DNA of 49,777 bases, from sequence record SRR20825010_719. One strand, given 5' to 3'. This document shows positions 19,066-29,302 of this stretch, in pieces (within the stretch, counting starts at the first letter, position 1; every line of letters begins with the position of its first letter). The notes under the pieces are model-generated. The model saw nothing but the letters and a program-made list of their open reading frames with translations, was not told the origin of the DNA and made no database searches. The position numbers and the translations under genes are program-made.

Positions 19066-19485
19066 CTATTTTTTATCCATAACTGCCATGGTAATTCTAC
19101 TAATACAAACCAGATCATCATTTTCATTGGTGATTTTAATCTCCCAAACCTGCGTTTTTCTTCCTACATGAAGTGGTTTTGCTAAGGCATAAACCCAGCC
19201 TTTCTTTACGGATTTAATATGGTTTCCGTTGATTTCTAAACCTACACAATATTGTTTTTCTGGATCTACTACAGAATGAGATGCAACGCTACCCAAGGTT
19301 TCGGCTAAAGCCAATGAAGCGCCACCGTGCAACAGGCCCAAAGGCTGTTTGGTTCTATAATCAACCGGCATTTTGGCTCGCATAAAGTCAGCACCTACTT
19401 CTGTTATTTCTATGCCCAAATGTTCAACCATGGTATTCTTGCTGAACTGATTAAGCATTGAAATATTAACTCCGGGTTGAAACAT
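19066..19485 (-). CDS. menI: Hotdog-fold thioesterase, probable DHNA-CoA hydrolase
   Basis: QPLGLLHGGASLALAETLGS, VGLEINGNH; directly upstream of menF-menD. Confidence 0.85.
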   Translation of the reverse strand: MFQPGVNISMLNQFSKNTMVEHLGIEITEVGADFMRAKMPVDYRTKQPLGLLHGGASLALAETLGSVASHSVVDPEKQYCVGLEINGNHIKSVKKGWVYALAKPLHVGRKTQVWEIKITNENDDLVCISRITMAVMDKK

Positions 19486-19545
19486 GGTGGTTCTAAATTA
19501 GTTTCTAGATTTGTGCCTGAATTGGGCAAAAATAGAACAAAATTG

Positions 19546-20163
19546 ATGATCAAAAAAATCTACCTCACACGTCACGGACAGACAGATTTCAATAAACTGG
19601 GAATTGTTCAGGGAAGAGGGGTTGATTCTGACCTAAACGAAATGGGAAAGGCTCAGGCTCAGGCTTTTCACGAAGCCTACAAACATGTCTCTTTTGATAA
19701 ACTATACATCTCATCGCTTAAAAGAACTGCTCAATCAATGGAAGGTTTTATCCAACAAGGCTTGTCTTATGAAGCACTGCCTGAACTAGATGAGATTAGC
19801 TGGGGAATTCATGAAGGGGCAGAAGTAAACGAAGAGCAGCACGCTTATTACTTCGATATGATTAACCGTTGGCAAAGAGGCGAAACACATAAGGCGATCG
19901 AGGGTGGCGAAAGCCCTGAAGGTTTAGCGCAAAGATTACAAGCGGGCTTATCCTATATTATGGCCAAGGAAAACGAGCCTAACGTTTTGATTTGCATGCA
20001 CGGCCGAGCTATGCGCTTAATGCTGGCCACTATTTTGAATTATCCAATAAGTGGAATGGATTACTTCTTACATAATAATTTGGGCCTTTATGAAATTACA
20101 TTTACAGGAAAAACCTTTGTATTAGACAGGTACAACGAAGTTAGCCACCTGCGCCATCTATAG
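19546..20163 (+). CDS. Histidine phosphatase (phosphoglycerate mutase) family protein
   Basis: RHG motif (YLTRHGQT), SSLKRT, GGES, ICMHG; ATG at 19546 preferred over the track start 19477, which overlaps menI. Confidence 0.88.
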   Translation: MIKKIYLTRHGQTDFNKLGIVQGRGVDSDLNEMGKAQAQAFHEAYKHVSFDKLYISSLKRTAQSMEGFIQQGLSYEALPELDEISWGIHEGAEVNEEQHAYYFDMINRWQRGETHKAIEGGESPEGLAQRLQAGLSYIMAKENEPNVLICMHGRAMRLMLATILNYPISGMDYFLHNNLGLYEITFTGKTFVLDRYNEVSHLRHL

Positions 20164-21625
20164 TCGCTAAGGCAATTTTAGCTTTACTATCAAGGCTGTT
20201 TTTATATGGGTGCTTTTTGAATTCTAAAACCTTGTTGAAGTATATTCTTGCTTGTTCGTCTTCTTTTTCCTCCATTTTAATGTAGCCCATTTGAAGAAAA
20301 GAGTTCGGTATAAAATAAGACTCTGGTAATATATCCATATTAGAAATTACTTCATTGTAAAGCCTTAATGCTTCAGTATAATTTGACTTTAGTTGCGCTA
20401 ACCTTGCTTTTCTATAGGTGATTTCATGAACCTCAATGATGGTTAATTTCTCCAAATTCAATTTAGAAACAGCTCGATTGGCCAATGTATAGTAGCCGCC
20501 ATCAATAGCATATCTTATTTGGAGTAATTTGAAATTAGGTAAAGCGGTCGCTTCTAAAATGGCGTCCGCATTTTTGTCTGCTTCTGATGTAGCACCTTTG
20601 GTTTGCTTGGCTTCCTCCCAATAATTTTTGAATGATGCGTTTTTTCCTAAAAAGTATTCGCACATCGCTACTTTCATTCTCGAATCCTTTAGTTGATTTC
20701 TCCCTTCAAACTGGCCAATATATTCCAAATAATGTGTTTTCGCTTGATTGTACATTCCACCCTGGAAAAGTGCTTCGGCTAACAAGTATTCAAATAATAG
20801 TGGAGCCCTATCTTCTTGTTTTTCTAAGGCTTGTTGCAGCAGGGTGGAAGCATTCTGAGCATTGTGGGCTTTCATTAGAATGAGCGAAGTAATATAGACT
20901 TCGGCCATGGTTTTTTGGGCTGAAGTATTGTTTTTCAATCCCTCAAGAGCTTCATGATGCTGCTCTAAAAGATAGGATTCTATCATGGAAGAAATAAGTC
21001 TAGCCTCTAACGTAAATGGAGTAGACTCTTTGGAGAGTTCTTTTAGGTGCATTAAGCCATTCTCTACATCACCTTCTAGACCCAATACATTTAATACCCA
21101 CTGTTGATTGTCGGGTACGGCTCCAAAAATGACCTGTAATAAACCCATCGTTTTAAAGTTGAGTTTGAAGTCTGGATATTTTTCAATGTTGTCTTCTGTG
21201 ATTTTGTATGCATTTCTTAAACCCCATACGCCACTCAGGGTATTTCCAAATTTAAGCTTTACAAATGCCCATTGCATTTTGATTTCAGCCCTAAAGAAAT
21301 CAATATATGGGGAGTCTGATGAAGCGTTTTCTAGTTGTTTGAGTCTTTCACCCTCGTTCTTTTTAATGAGGTCATAACTTTCTTCGTTTTCGCTAAAAAT
21401 TAGCTCTAGCACATCGTTAAGGTTGGCGATGTATAAATCGCCCATGGGTATTTCAGTATTTTCTAAAGAAGATAGAATGGATTTTGAGGCTTTGAAGTCT
21501 AAATCCAAAGTGGTGTGATAAGCCAAGTCAAACTTGGTGGTTTGACTTTGGGCTAAACTTAGCTGCGTTAAAATGAAAAATGGATAGACGAAAACGCCTA
21601 TCCATTTTACTATATTCTGTGACAT
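20141..21625 (-). CDS. Exported tetratricopeptide-repeat protein
   Basis: Signal-like N-terminus and TPR-like helices (YLLAEALFQGGMYNQA, SFLQMGYI...ARIYFNKVL); start moved from 21652 to 21625. Confidence 0.75.
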   Translation of the reverse strand: MSQNIVKWIGVFVYPFFILTQLSLAQSQTTKFDLAYHTTLDLDFKASKSILSSLENTEIPMGDLYIANLNDVLELIFSENEESYDLIKKNEGERLKQLENASSDSPYIDFFRAEIKMQWAFVKLKFGNTLSGVWGLRNAYKITEDNIEKYPDFKLNFKTMGLLQVIFGAVPDNQQWVLNVLGLEGDVENGLMHLKELSKESTPFTLEARLISSMIESYLLEQHHEALEGLKNNTSAQKTMAEVYITSLILMKAHNAQNASTLLQQALEKQEDRAPLLFEYLLAEALFQGGMYNQAKTHYLEYIGQFEGRNQLKDSRMKVAMCEYFLGKNASFKNYWEEAKQTKGATSEADKNADAILEATALPNFKLLQIRYAIDGGYYTLANRAVSKLNLEKLTIIEVHEITYRKARLAQLKSNYTEALRLYNEVISNMDILPESYFIPNSFLQMGYIKMEEKEDEQARIYFNKVLEFKKHPYKNSLDSKAKIALATIDGAGG

Positions 21626-21635
21626 CAAAAACTGT

Positions 21636-22415
21636 TTAAGCTTTTGTTGCAACTCTTCTGCTTCTTTTTGGCTTGGCTTCTTCTACAACGATTTCGTCAG
21701 TAACATCAGCTAAGATTCTACCACAATGTTCGCAAACGATAACTTTCTTACGCTCACGAATATCTGCTTGTCGTTGAGGAGGAACAACGTTGAAACAACC
21801 ACCGCAAGCGCCTCTATCAACAGGTACTACAGCCAGACCGTTTCTTGCGTTATCGCGAAGCTTAACGTAAGAAACCAAAAGTCTTTCTTCAATGTCCTTA
21901 GTTGCTTTTGTTCTTGCGTTCATCAGTTTCTGCTCGTCATCATGACTTTCTTTAGTCAAAGTTTCGAGTTCACCTTTTTTGCTGCTCAAGTCTTTAGCTC
22001 TTTCGCCTAACTCTTCTTCAGTCTTGGCTATTTCACCATTCTTGATTTCGATTTTAGCGAAAGCCTCTTTAATTCTCTTTTCAGAAATTTGAATTTCTAA
22101 ATTTTGAAGTTCAATCTCTTTAGTAATGGCATCATATTCACGGTTGTTACGCACGTTCATTTGTTGCTCATTATATTTCTTGATTAAGGCCTCAGAATTT
22201 TTAATCTGAGTTTTATAATCAGCAATATTAGTCTCTAGATCTCCAGCTTCAGACTTGAATTTGTCAATTCTTGTCTGATATCCAGCGATCTCATCTTCTA
22301 AATCAGCTACTTCATCAGGTAGGGCACCTCTTACTTTTTTGATTTCATCCAATTCAGAATCAATTCTCTGAAGGTTAGTAAGGGCGTCAAGTTTTTGTGC
22401 TACAGTCTTTTCCAT
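21636..22415 (-). CDS. Coiled-coil C4-type zinc-ribbon protein (DUF164/CT398-like)
   Basis: Long coiled coil followed by ACGGC...CEHCGRIL; classic partner of Nif3. Confidence 0.9.
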   Translation of the reverse strand: MEKTVAQKLDALTNLQRIDSELDEIKKVRGALPDEVADLEDEIAGYQTRIDKFKSEAGDLETNIADYKTQIKNSEALIKKYNEQQMNVRNNREYDAITKEIELQNLEIQISEKRIKEAFAKIEIKNGEIAKTEEELGERAKDLSSKKGELETLTKESHDDEQKLMNARTKATKDIEERLLVSYVKLRDNARNGLAVVPVDRGACGGCFNVVPPQRQADIRERKKVIVCEHCGRILADVTDEIVVEEAKPKRSRRVATKA

Positions 22416-22425
22416 TCACGTTTTT

Positions 22426-23523
22426 TTAGAAGTACAGTACGGGATTCGTATTCACCTCTGTCAAATAGGTTGCAATATTAGCAAATTTTTCTGTCAATAA
22501 TGAATGCAAAAGCTCTTTTGTAAACTTTTCGCTTTCATAATGCCCAATGTCCGCAATCATGGTTTCACCTTCCCCGTCAAAGAACTCGTGATACTTGAAA
22601 TCCCCAGTTACAAAAGCATCGGCATTTTGGGCCATGGCTGACGCCAAGAGAAAGCTACCTGCACCACCACAAAGTGCCACAGTGTTAATAGAATCTACAT
22701 TCTTTGTGGTGTAGCGAATTGAACTCAAGTCCATCGATTGTTTCAAGTGATTTAGAAATTCATGGCTGGTCATCTCTTTTTCAAGTTGTCCAATCATTCC
22801 AGAGCCCACCTCTTGATTTTCATTTTCTAATTGACTGATGTAGTACGCTACTTCTTCATAAGGATGATTCTCTTTTAATGTGTGAACAACCTTTCTGCTC
22901 AAATGGTTAGGGTACATAATTTCTAGCCTGTCCTCATCCACATGCTCTAGCTGGCCTCTTTCACCAACTACTGGATTGGCGTTTTTATTGGGTTTGAAGC
23001 TGCCTATTCCATTTACTTTGAAGCTGCAATGCGAGTAATTACCAATTTCTCCCGCACCAACTTTGTGCAGGGCATCAAGTACTTTGTTGGTTTTTTCTTT
23101 GGGAATAAAGACGACTAACTTTTCTAGCAGCTGCTTTTTTGGTACAAGGATTTTTGTGTTGATTAAGCCGATTTGATTGGCTATTTTTTGATTCACTCCT
23201 AAATATACATTGTCTAAATTGGTGTGAATGGCATAAATGGCAATATCATTTTTAATGGCCTTGATAATGGTTCGTTCTACATAGTTTTTGCCATTCAGCT
23301 TTTTAAGGCCTTTGAAAACGATAGGGTGGTGGGCAACAATGAGGTTGCACTTTTTATCAATCGCATCGTCAATAACAGATTCAATACAATCCAAACTCAC
23401 GAGTACTCCACTTACCTCCCATTTCTTATCTCCAGTGATTAAACCTGAATTGTCGTAAGGTTCTTGATAAGCAGGGGGCGCAAGTTTTTCAAGTACTTCA
23501 ATGATTTCCTTGATTTTTACCAT
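22426..23523 (-). CDS. Nif3-like dinuclear metal-centre protein (DUF34, YqfO type with PII-like insert)
   Basis: YDNSGL, AHHPIVF, HTNLD, HPYEEVAY, GHYESE. Confidence 0.93.
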   Translation of the reverse strand: MVKIKEIIEVLEKLAPPAYQEPYDNSGLITGDKKWEVSGVLVSLDCIESVIDDAIDKKCNLIVAHHPIVFKGLKKLNGKNYVERTIIKAIKNDIAIYAIHTNLDNVYLGVNQKIANQIGLINTKILVPKKQLLEKLVVFIPKEKTNKVLDALHKVGAGEIGNYSHCSFKVNGIGSFKPNKNANPVVGERGQLEHVDEDRLEIMYPNHLSRKVVHTLKENHPYEEVAYYISQLENENQEVGSGMIGQLEKEMTSHEFLNHLKQSMDLSSIRYTTKNVDSINTVALCGGAGSFLLASAMAQNADAFVTGDFKYHEFFDGEGETMIADIGHYESEKFTKELLHSLLTEKFANIATYLTEVNTNPVLYF

Positions 23524-23565
23524 CTTTACAGCTTTTAAAAATGCTAAGATAGAAACCTGAATAGA

Positions 23566-24624
23566 ATGAAGCGCTTACGATGGGTATTATTTCCTGTTTC
23601 CGTACTCTACGGTTTCCTGATGAGCTTCAGAAATCACTTGTACAATATAGGTAAGAAGCCCCAAGTTGAATTTGATCGAACTATAATTTCGGTTGGTAAC
23701 CTTTCTATGGGAGGGACAGGTAAAACTCCAATGGTGGAGTATTTAATTAGGTTACTTCAAAAGGATTATTATTTGGCTACCTTAAGTAGAGGCTACGGAA
23801 GAAAAACTAGAGGTTTTAGAATGGCTTCTGAAACGGATACCGCAGAAACCTTGGGAGATGAGCCTTATCAATATTTCAGAAAATTCGGGACAGATATCTC
23901 TGTTTGCGTTGGAGAAGAAAGGATTTTAGCCATTCCCTCTGCCATTATGGAGAAGGAAATTATTGAAGTTTTTTTATTGGACGATGCTTATCAGCACAGA
24001 AAAGTAGCTCGTGATTTCAATATTTTGTTAAGTGATTTTAACCACCCTTTTTATGAAGACTATATTTTGCCCACGGGTGAGCTGCGCGAAAGCAGAAGAG
24101 GGGCAAAAAGAGCTGATTGTGTGATTGTCACCAAAAGCCCAGAAGCCATTGAGGAGCAGGACAGAAGAGAAATCAAGGCGAATGTAAAAACCTATTTAGG
24201 GGAAAAGCCAGTGTTCTTTAGTCATATCGAATATGATAAACCACAGCTGGTTTTTGAGCATAAGGATCAGCAGTTAATGTATAAAAGCAATGTTATTTTG
24301 CTTACTGGGATTGCCGATAATACTGTTTTCAGATCTCAAATGGAATCAAACTACATTTTACAAAAGGAATTTATATTTGAGGACCATCATAATTTCACAG
24401 CGAAGGATATGGATGGCATAGAAGAGTATTTGAAGCAAGAACAGATAGATTTACCAATATTGACCACTGAGAAAGACATGGTACGACTTTTGACACTTGC
24501 AGAGCATTCACTTTTTAAGAAGACAGCTGTATTCTATATTCCTATTCGCTTTGTTTTGGAGGAAGAAGAGAAGTTCACTAGTCGGTTGTTTAAAGTGCTG
24601 GAACAAAAGAAAAACCTCAATTGA
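23566..24624 (+). CDS. lpxK: Tetraacyldisaccharide 4'-kinase
   Basis: SVGNLSMGGTGKTP, LSRGYGR, GDEP, LDDAYQH, LPTGELRE, TTEKD. Confidence 0.95.
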   Translation: MKRLRWVLFPVSVLYGFLMSFRNHLYNIGKKPQVEFDRTIISVGNLSMGGTGKTPMVEYLIRLLQKDYYLATLSRGYGRKTRGFRMASETDTAETLGDEPYQYFRKFGTDISVCVGEERILAIPSAIMEKEIIEVFLLDDAYQHRKVARDFNILLSDFNHPFYEDYILPTGELRESRRGAKRADCVIVTKSPEAIEEQDRREIKANVKTYLGEKPVFFSHIEYDKPQLVFEHKDQQLMYKSNVILLTGIADNTVFRSQMESNYILQKEFIFEDHHNFTAKDMDGIEEYLKQEQIDLPILTTEKDMVRLLTLAEHSLFKKTAVFYIPIRFVLEEEEKFTSRLFKVLEQKKNLN

Positions 24625-24640
24625 ATTGTTAATTTTGGGC

Positions 24641-26566
24641 GTGTTGAAGAGGGTATTATTTATTTCGTTTTTTTTGGTGTTGGGTTTTGTGGCTTTTTCT
24701 CAGGGCAATACCACGTTTAGTGCCAATAGAGATTCTATTAAAAGTCAGCGAGAGAACCGACTTTTGAAGGATACAGTAAAAAGCGTATATGGGCCATTAA
24801 CTACCCGCTATACTTACGAGAAGAATTTTAAGTTTAACAACCTCATTTTCAATTATCCAGATACTATTCCAGATAACCTACATCGCTATACGGACATTGA
24901 AAAGAACGGTAATTTGGCTCAGAACTTAGGTAATTTAGGTACTGCATATAGAAATCTCTATTATGAGCCCTCGATGACTATCGGACGGAGATCAGGCTAC
25001 AATGCTTACGATGAATTTTATGTTGGACCTGAGGATATTAAATATTTTGACACCAAATCTCCATTCACTGAAATCAATGTAGTTTATGGTGGTGGACGAA
25101 GGGGAGGTACCGATATTGTTTTTGCCTTGAACGATAGTGTTTATTTGAATCTAGGCTTCCAGTATAAAAGCGTAAGGGCGGAAAAACAGGTTTCATTTTT
25201 AAGTACTGGCGACTTTCAGTCGAAAGGGACTAATTATAACTTCTTCGGATTTATTCGCCCTAAGAAACTACCCCGATACTTGGCTTTGTTCAATGTAACT
25301 CAAATGAAATTTCGCGTAGACGAGCAGGGAGGGGTTCTTGACCCAGCCATCGATCCAGCCAACGATGTAGAAGGTGTGAAGGCTACTTATTTTAAATATA
25401 AGGACGCAAACGTAGTGCTGGATAATGCAGAAAGCTATGACAAGCGTGGTGGAGTGCATATTTTTCAGCAATACAATTTAGATTCAGTATTTCAGATGTA
25501 TCATTCTGGTACTTTCTATAATCAGGTGGTGCGGTATACAGATGTGTATAATTTGGCTGGTTCGGATTCACTGGTTTATCAACCTGTCGGGCGTGATTTG
25601 GTAAGGGACTCTATTATGGATAGAACAACTTACAATGAGCTTTCAAATGAGTTCGGAATAAAGGGATACACCAAGAGTTTCTCCTATACGGTTTTTTACC
25701 GCTCTCGCTATTTGAAATACGACAATAGAATTTTAGGCGGAGAAGGAGCTGACTTGGAAAACTATTTGGGTGGAACTTTAAGGCAGAAAATTACACCTGA
25801 GATTTTCTTGAAGGCTTCTGGAGAGTATTTAATCGGAGGTGGTTTTTTTGTTGAAGGAGATTTTACGAGTAGCTTTTTCGATGTCATAGTGTCTAAAGTC
25901 TCTAGCCAACCTACTTACCTCTCTGAGCTGTACGCTGGCCAACAGGGCTATTGGATTAACGGATTTAAGAACGAGCAGTCTGAGAACATATATGGGGAGC
26001 TGAAGATTAACACTCCGGCCCTGAGTTTTAGACCATTAATAAGGTTCAATCGAATTGCTAATTACCTTTATTATGATCAAGATAAGCGTCCAAATCAAGC
26101 GGGAAGCGATATTGTGATTTTGGCTCCAGGCTTCCATTTCGACTTTAAATTGGCGCCAAAGTGGAAGTGGTCTAGTAGTTTCTATTATAACACGGTTTAT
26201 GGAGGTTCTTCAGATCTTTATCGTTTACCAGATATCTTAGTCAATGGGCAATTGGCTTATAAAAATGTGATTTTTAATGGTAAGATGATCATCCATACTG
26301 GCATAGATTTGCATTATCGTTCGGCATATTATGCGAATGCTTACAACCCAATTGTTCAGCAATATCATTTACAAGATGACTTTGAGAATGATGCCTTTAT
26401 TAAGGCCGATTTATTCTTGAATTTCAAAGTAGAGAACTTCCAATTTTTTGTTAAATCCGCTCATTTTAATCAGGGCATTACGGCTGAAGGTTACTTCTTA
26501 ACCCCTTATTATACTGGCGTAAAACGTACGTTAGACTTAGGTGTACGTTGGTCTTTCTACAATTAG
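24641..26566 (+). CDS. Putative porin / outer-membrane beta-barrel (Bacteroidota 'putative porin' family)
   Basis: Signal peptide from the GTG at 24641; QNLGNLG; YFDTKSPFT; C-terminal LGVRWSFYN; the track start 24497 overlaps lpxK and is unlikely. Confidence 0.8.
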   Translation: MLKRVLFISFFLVLGFVAFSQGNTTFSANRDSIKSQRENRLLKDTVKSVYGPLTTRYTYEKNFKFNNLIFNYPDTIPDNLHRYTDIEKNGNLAQNLGNLGTAYRNLYYEPSMTIGRRSGYNAYDEFYVGPEDIKYFDTKSPFTEINVVYGGGRRGGTDIVFALNDSVYLNLGFQYKSVRAEKQVSFLSTGDFQSKGTNYNFFGFIRPKKLPRYLALFNVTQMKFRVDEQGGVLDPAIDPANDVEGVKATYFKYKDANVVLDNAESYDKRGGVHIFQQYNLDSVFQMYHSGTFYNQVVRYTDVYNLAGSDSLVYQPVGRDLVRDSIMDRTTYNELSNEFGIKGYTKSFSYTVFYRSRYLKYDNRILGGEGADLENYLGGTLRQKITPEIFLKASGEYLIGGGFFVEGDFTSSFFDVIVSKVSSQPTYLSELYAGQQGYWINGFKNEQSENIYGELKINTPALSFRPLIRFNRIANYLYYDQDKRPNQAGSDIVILAPGFHFDFKLAPKWKWSSSFYYNTVYGGSSDLYRLPDILVNGQLAYKNVIFNGKMIIHTGIDLHYRSAYYANAYNPIVQQYHLQDDFENDAFIKADLFLNFKVENFQFFVKSAHFNQGITAEGYFLTPYYTGVKRTLDLGVRWSFYN

Positions 26567-26607
26567 TAGGTTTTTGGGGATTCGATACCTAGTGGCATTA
26601 AACGGAA

Positions 26608-26661
26608 AAAGTCATTCTGAAAGCTACTTCATTTAATTGACGAAACATTCAGAATGACTTT
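26608..26661. terminator. 14-bp inverted repeat between convergent genes (probable bidirectional terminator)
   Basis: AAAGTCATTCTGAA (26608-26621) and TTCAGAATGACTTT (26648-26661), 26-nt loop. Confidence 0.55.
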
Positions 26662-26685
26662 CTGCAATTGGGTAGAGATTAGGTC

Positions 26686-27588
26686 TTAGTTGCCTGTACT
26701 GAATAGTTTGAAGTTAACTCCAAGGTTCAAAACGTGCTTGAACTGAATTTCTTTTGAAACGCTACCGTCCTCAGCTTTAATTAGAATGTCGTCATCGTAA
26801 ATCAACTGCGTTCCAAAGGTAGCGTTGAACCACTTGTTGACTTTCATTACTAAAAGTGTTTCCCAGTTCGTATCTACATTTCCAAAGCTGTCGTAAGCAG
26901 TAAAGAAGTTTAGGTTAGACTGGAAAGATATGTTTTCCATTAATTTCAAGTTCAAAGTGGTCAGGATGTTTGCACCAAACTCAGCTCTAACCTTGTCGCC
27001 TGGGTCTACACCATAAGCACCAGCAGCTGAAAGCTCATCGTCCATCACAAAAGTAAATTTACCCGCAGCTGGAGCGAAAGAAACAGTAAGGACATCACCA
27101 CTGCTATACTCCATACCTAAGTTTACCGACAGGTAACCAGGAGCCATAAAGTTCGATATTTTCTCGGTAATTAGCTCTCCAGGGTTTAATGGGTCAGCCA
27201 CATAATTGTTACCTTCTAGCAATTGAGTTCTTAAAATGCTAGACACACTGTAACCAAATTTTTCATTGATTTTTCTCTTGTACTGGCTTAATAGAATGAT
27301 GGCATCATCCGTTTTTCTAAAATCTCGGTCGCCTAGTTTGGCACCTCCTAAAGCAAAGTCAATTTGATTTTTCCAAGTAGAGTGCGTTGCTTTTCTGATT
27401 GCCGCTGCATTGAAAATTGTGCCCACAGAAACAGAGCTTTCACCCCCTCCGGCCCAATTAGATAGGCCAACGTTTGCGAAGGTAAAACCTAGAGAGCCTT
27501 TTCTTTCCCAGTTTATGGAGTCAGCTGTTTGCGACTGAGCAGTATACGATACCAACAGGGTAAGGCAAATGAGTAATGTTTTCTTCAT
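26686..27588 (-). CDS. DUF3078-family outer-membrane protein
   Basis: Signal peptide; LSNWAGGGESS, RKTDD, SNFMAPGY, LIYDDDI, QFKHVLNLG. Confidence 0.85.
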   Translation of the reverse strand: MKKTLLICLTLLVSYTAQSQTADSINWERKGSLGFTFANVGLSNWAGGGESSVSVGTIFNAAAIRKATHSTWKNQIDFALGGAKLGDRDFRKTDDAIILLSQYKRKINEKFGYSVSSILRTQLLEGNNYVADPLNPGELITEKISNFMAPGYLSVNLGMEYSSGDVLTVSFAPAAGKFTFVMDDELSAAGAYGVDPGDKVRAEFGANILTTLNLKLMENISFQSNLNFFTAYDSFGNVDTNWETLLVMKVNKWFNATFGTQLIYDDDILIKAEDGSVSKEIQFKHVLNLGVNFKLFSTGN

Positions 27589-27921
27589 AATGTCGATGTT
27601 TGGAAATTGATTTAGTCAAATTGACTTTATATAATATCTTGCAATTTAGTATGTTCAGTAAAAATTAAGAGCATAATTGTTCTACTTTTTAATATATAAG
27701 CTGATGGCTTAACTTTGAACCATGAATAATAAACTGGGAAATCACCTCATAGGAATACATAGTTACCGATTCTAGATAGGTGAATACCGTCCAAATGAAC
27801 ACTGAGGAAATCATGTCTATTGTGAACCGAAGGCAGCTTATTCTTGTATTTCGCTTATTGTTTTATTTCCAGAGGATCAAAAATTACTAGAAGTGATGGT
27901 AATCCAAAAACTTCAAACTCC

Positions 27922-29187
27922 TTAAGTCTTTCTTTTCTTTTTCTTAGCTGCTGGGAATAGAATGTTATTCAGAATCAATCGGTAACCCGGAGAATTAGGG
28001 TAGAGGTTTAAATCAGTTGGTTCTTCACCTACCCTGTGCTGATAATCTTCTGGATCGTGACCGCCATAAAATGTCCAGAAACCATTTCCGAAAACGCCAT
28101 GAATATACTTAGCTTCTTCAGCGGCATCGTTTTGTCCCATGGTTACTACATCTGGTTTGATAACTCTGGTTTTAAATGCAGTAGTTTGGCCATAAAAGCC
28201 TTTAATTAAACGAGTATGATTCTGGGTCAGCATTGTTGGAATTGGATCCCATTTGGCAGAAAACTCAAAGAGTTTAAAGAAATCATTTCCTTCATTTAGG
28301 GATCTTGAACGCCTAGCATCGGTATTATCTATATCTGAAAATTCATATTCTAATGGATCCTTTTTTAGTTTGAAGTCTTCAAAAGCCAAAGTCTGTGAGA
28401 AATCAAATTGTGATTCGGCAGCAGGGTTGGCCGGGTCGCCATCGTACATGGCTTCAATAAAATCCAACCCGTTGGCTGCTAGGGCTATATCAAATGAATC
28501 TGTAGCGGAACACATGGCGAAAAGAAAGCCGCCACCAGCTACAAATGTTCTTGTTTTTTGCGCGATAGCCAGTTTTAATTGAGACACTTTTGTGAAACCG
28601 TGTTTTCTGGCGGAAGCTTCATAGTCCCTTTGCTGTTGCTGGTACCAGCTGTAAGGAGAGTAACTAGCGTAGAACTTGCCATATTGACCTGTGAAGTCCT
28701 CATGATGTAAATGGAGCCAATCATATTTAGTTAGTTCATCAGCCATTAATTCATCATCATAAACAACATCGTAGGGAATTTCTGCGTAAGTCAATGCCAA
28801 CGTTACAGCATCATCCCATGGCATTTTAGTTTTAGGAGTGTAAACAGCAATTTTTGGTACCTTTTCCAATTTCATCATATCCATGTTTGAAGACGGGGAT
28901 GAAATCTGACTTTCGTATTGCGCAGCAGAAGCATCAGAAATCACTTCATAGCTCACTCCACGGATAACTAACTCCTTCTCTATGTCCGCTGAGGAGGGTA
29001 ATAAAAAACTTCCACCTCTAAAATTTAACATCCAGTCGATTGTTACGTCTTTACTGAGAACCCAGTAAGCAATGCCGTAGGCTTTTAGGTGATTTGATTG
29101 TGAAAGGTCCATAGGGATCAGTATTCTGGAAGCGAAGCCAGAAAGGCTGAACGTAGACATAATCAATAAAATCAAAAGTCTTCTCAT
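27922..29187 (-). CDS. Conserved exported Bacteroidota protein (often labelled 'asparagine synthetase B'; function unknown)
   Basis: Signal peptide from the ATG at 29187; NHLKAYG, PWDDAVT, WLHLHHEDFTGQYGKF, FAMCSATD, GGHDPEDY. Confidence 0.75.
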   Translation of the reverse strand: MRRLLILLIMSTFSLSGFASRILIPMDLSQSNHLKAYGIAYWVLSKDVTIDWMLNFRGGSFLLPSSADIEKELVIRGVSYEVISDASAAQYESQISSPSSNMDMMKLEKVPKIAVYTPKTKMPWDDAVTLALTYAEIPYDVVYDDELMADELTKYDWLHLHHEDFTGQYGKFYASYSPYSWYQQQQRDYEASARKHGFTKVSQLKLAIAQKTRTFVAGGGFLFAMCSATDSFDIALAANGLDFIEAMYDGDPANPAAESQFDFSQTLAFEDFKLKKDPLEYEFSDIDNTDARRSRSLNEGNDFFKLFEFSAKWDPIPTMLTQNHTRLIKGFYGQTTAFKTRVIKPDVVTMGQNDAAEEAKYIHGVFGNGFWTFYGGHDPEDYQHRVGEEPTDLNLYPNSPGYRLILNNILFPAAKKKKRKT

Positions 29188-29302
29188 AGTGAACTGGATT
29201 ATAAACCGTTTAACAGAACGATCGTTGAATTTATAAATTTGTTGGCAATATCTGACCAATGGTTGACTAAATTCGTAACAATCAAAAACTCATTTTATCT
29301 CA

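Noticed and set aside
19477-19545. Longer ORF-track N-termini (also at 21652, 24497, 29259, 31657 and 47997)
   Set aside because: They overlap neighbours or promoters, or precede the signal peptide or domain start; downstream starts fit better.
27589-27921. 333-bp intergenic region as sRNA or small ORF
   Set aside because: Only short ORFs (17 and 31 codons on the plus strand) without support and no clear structure.
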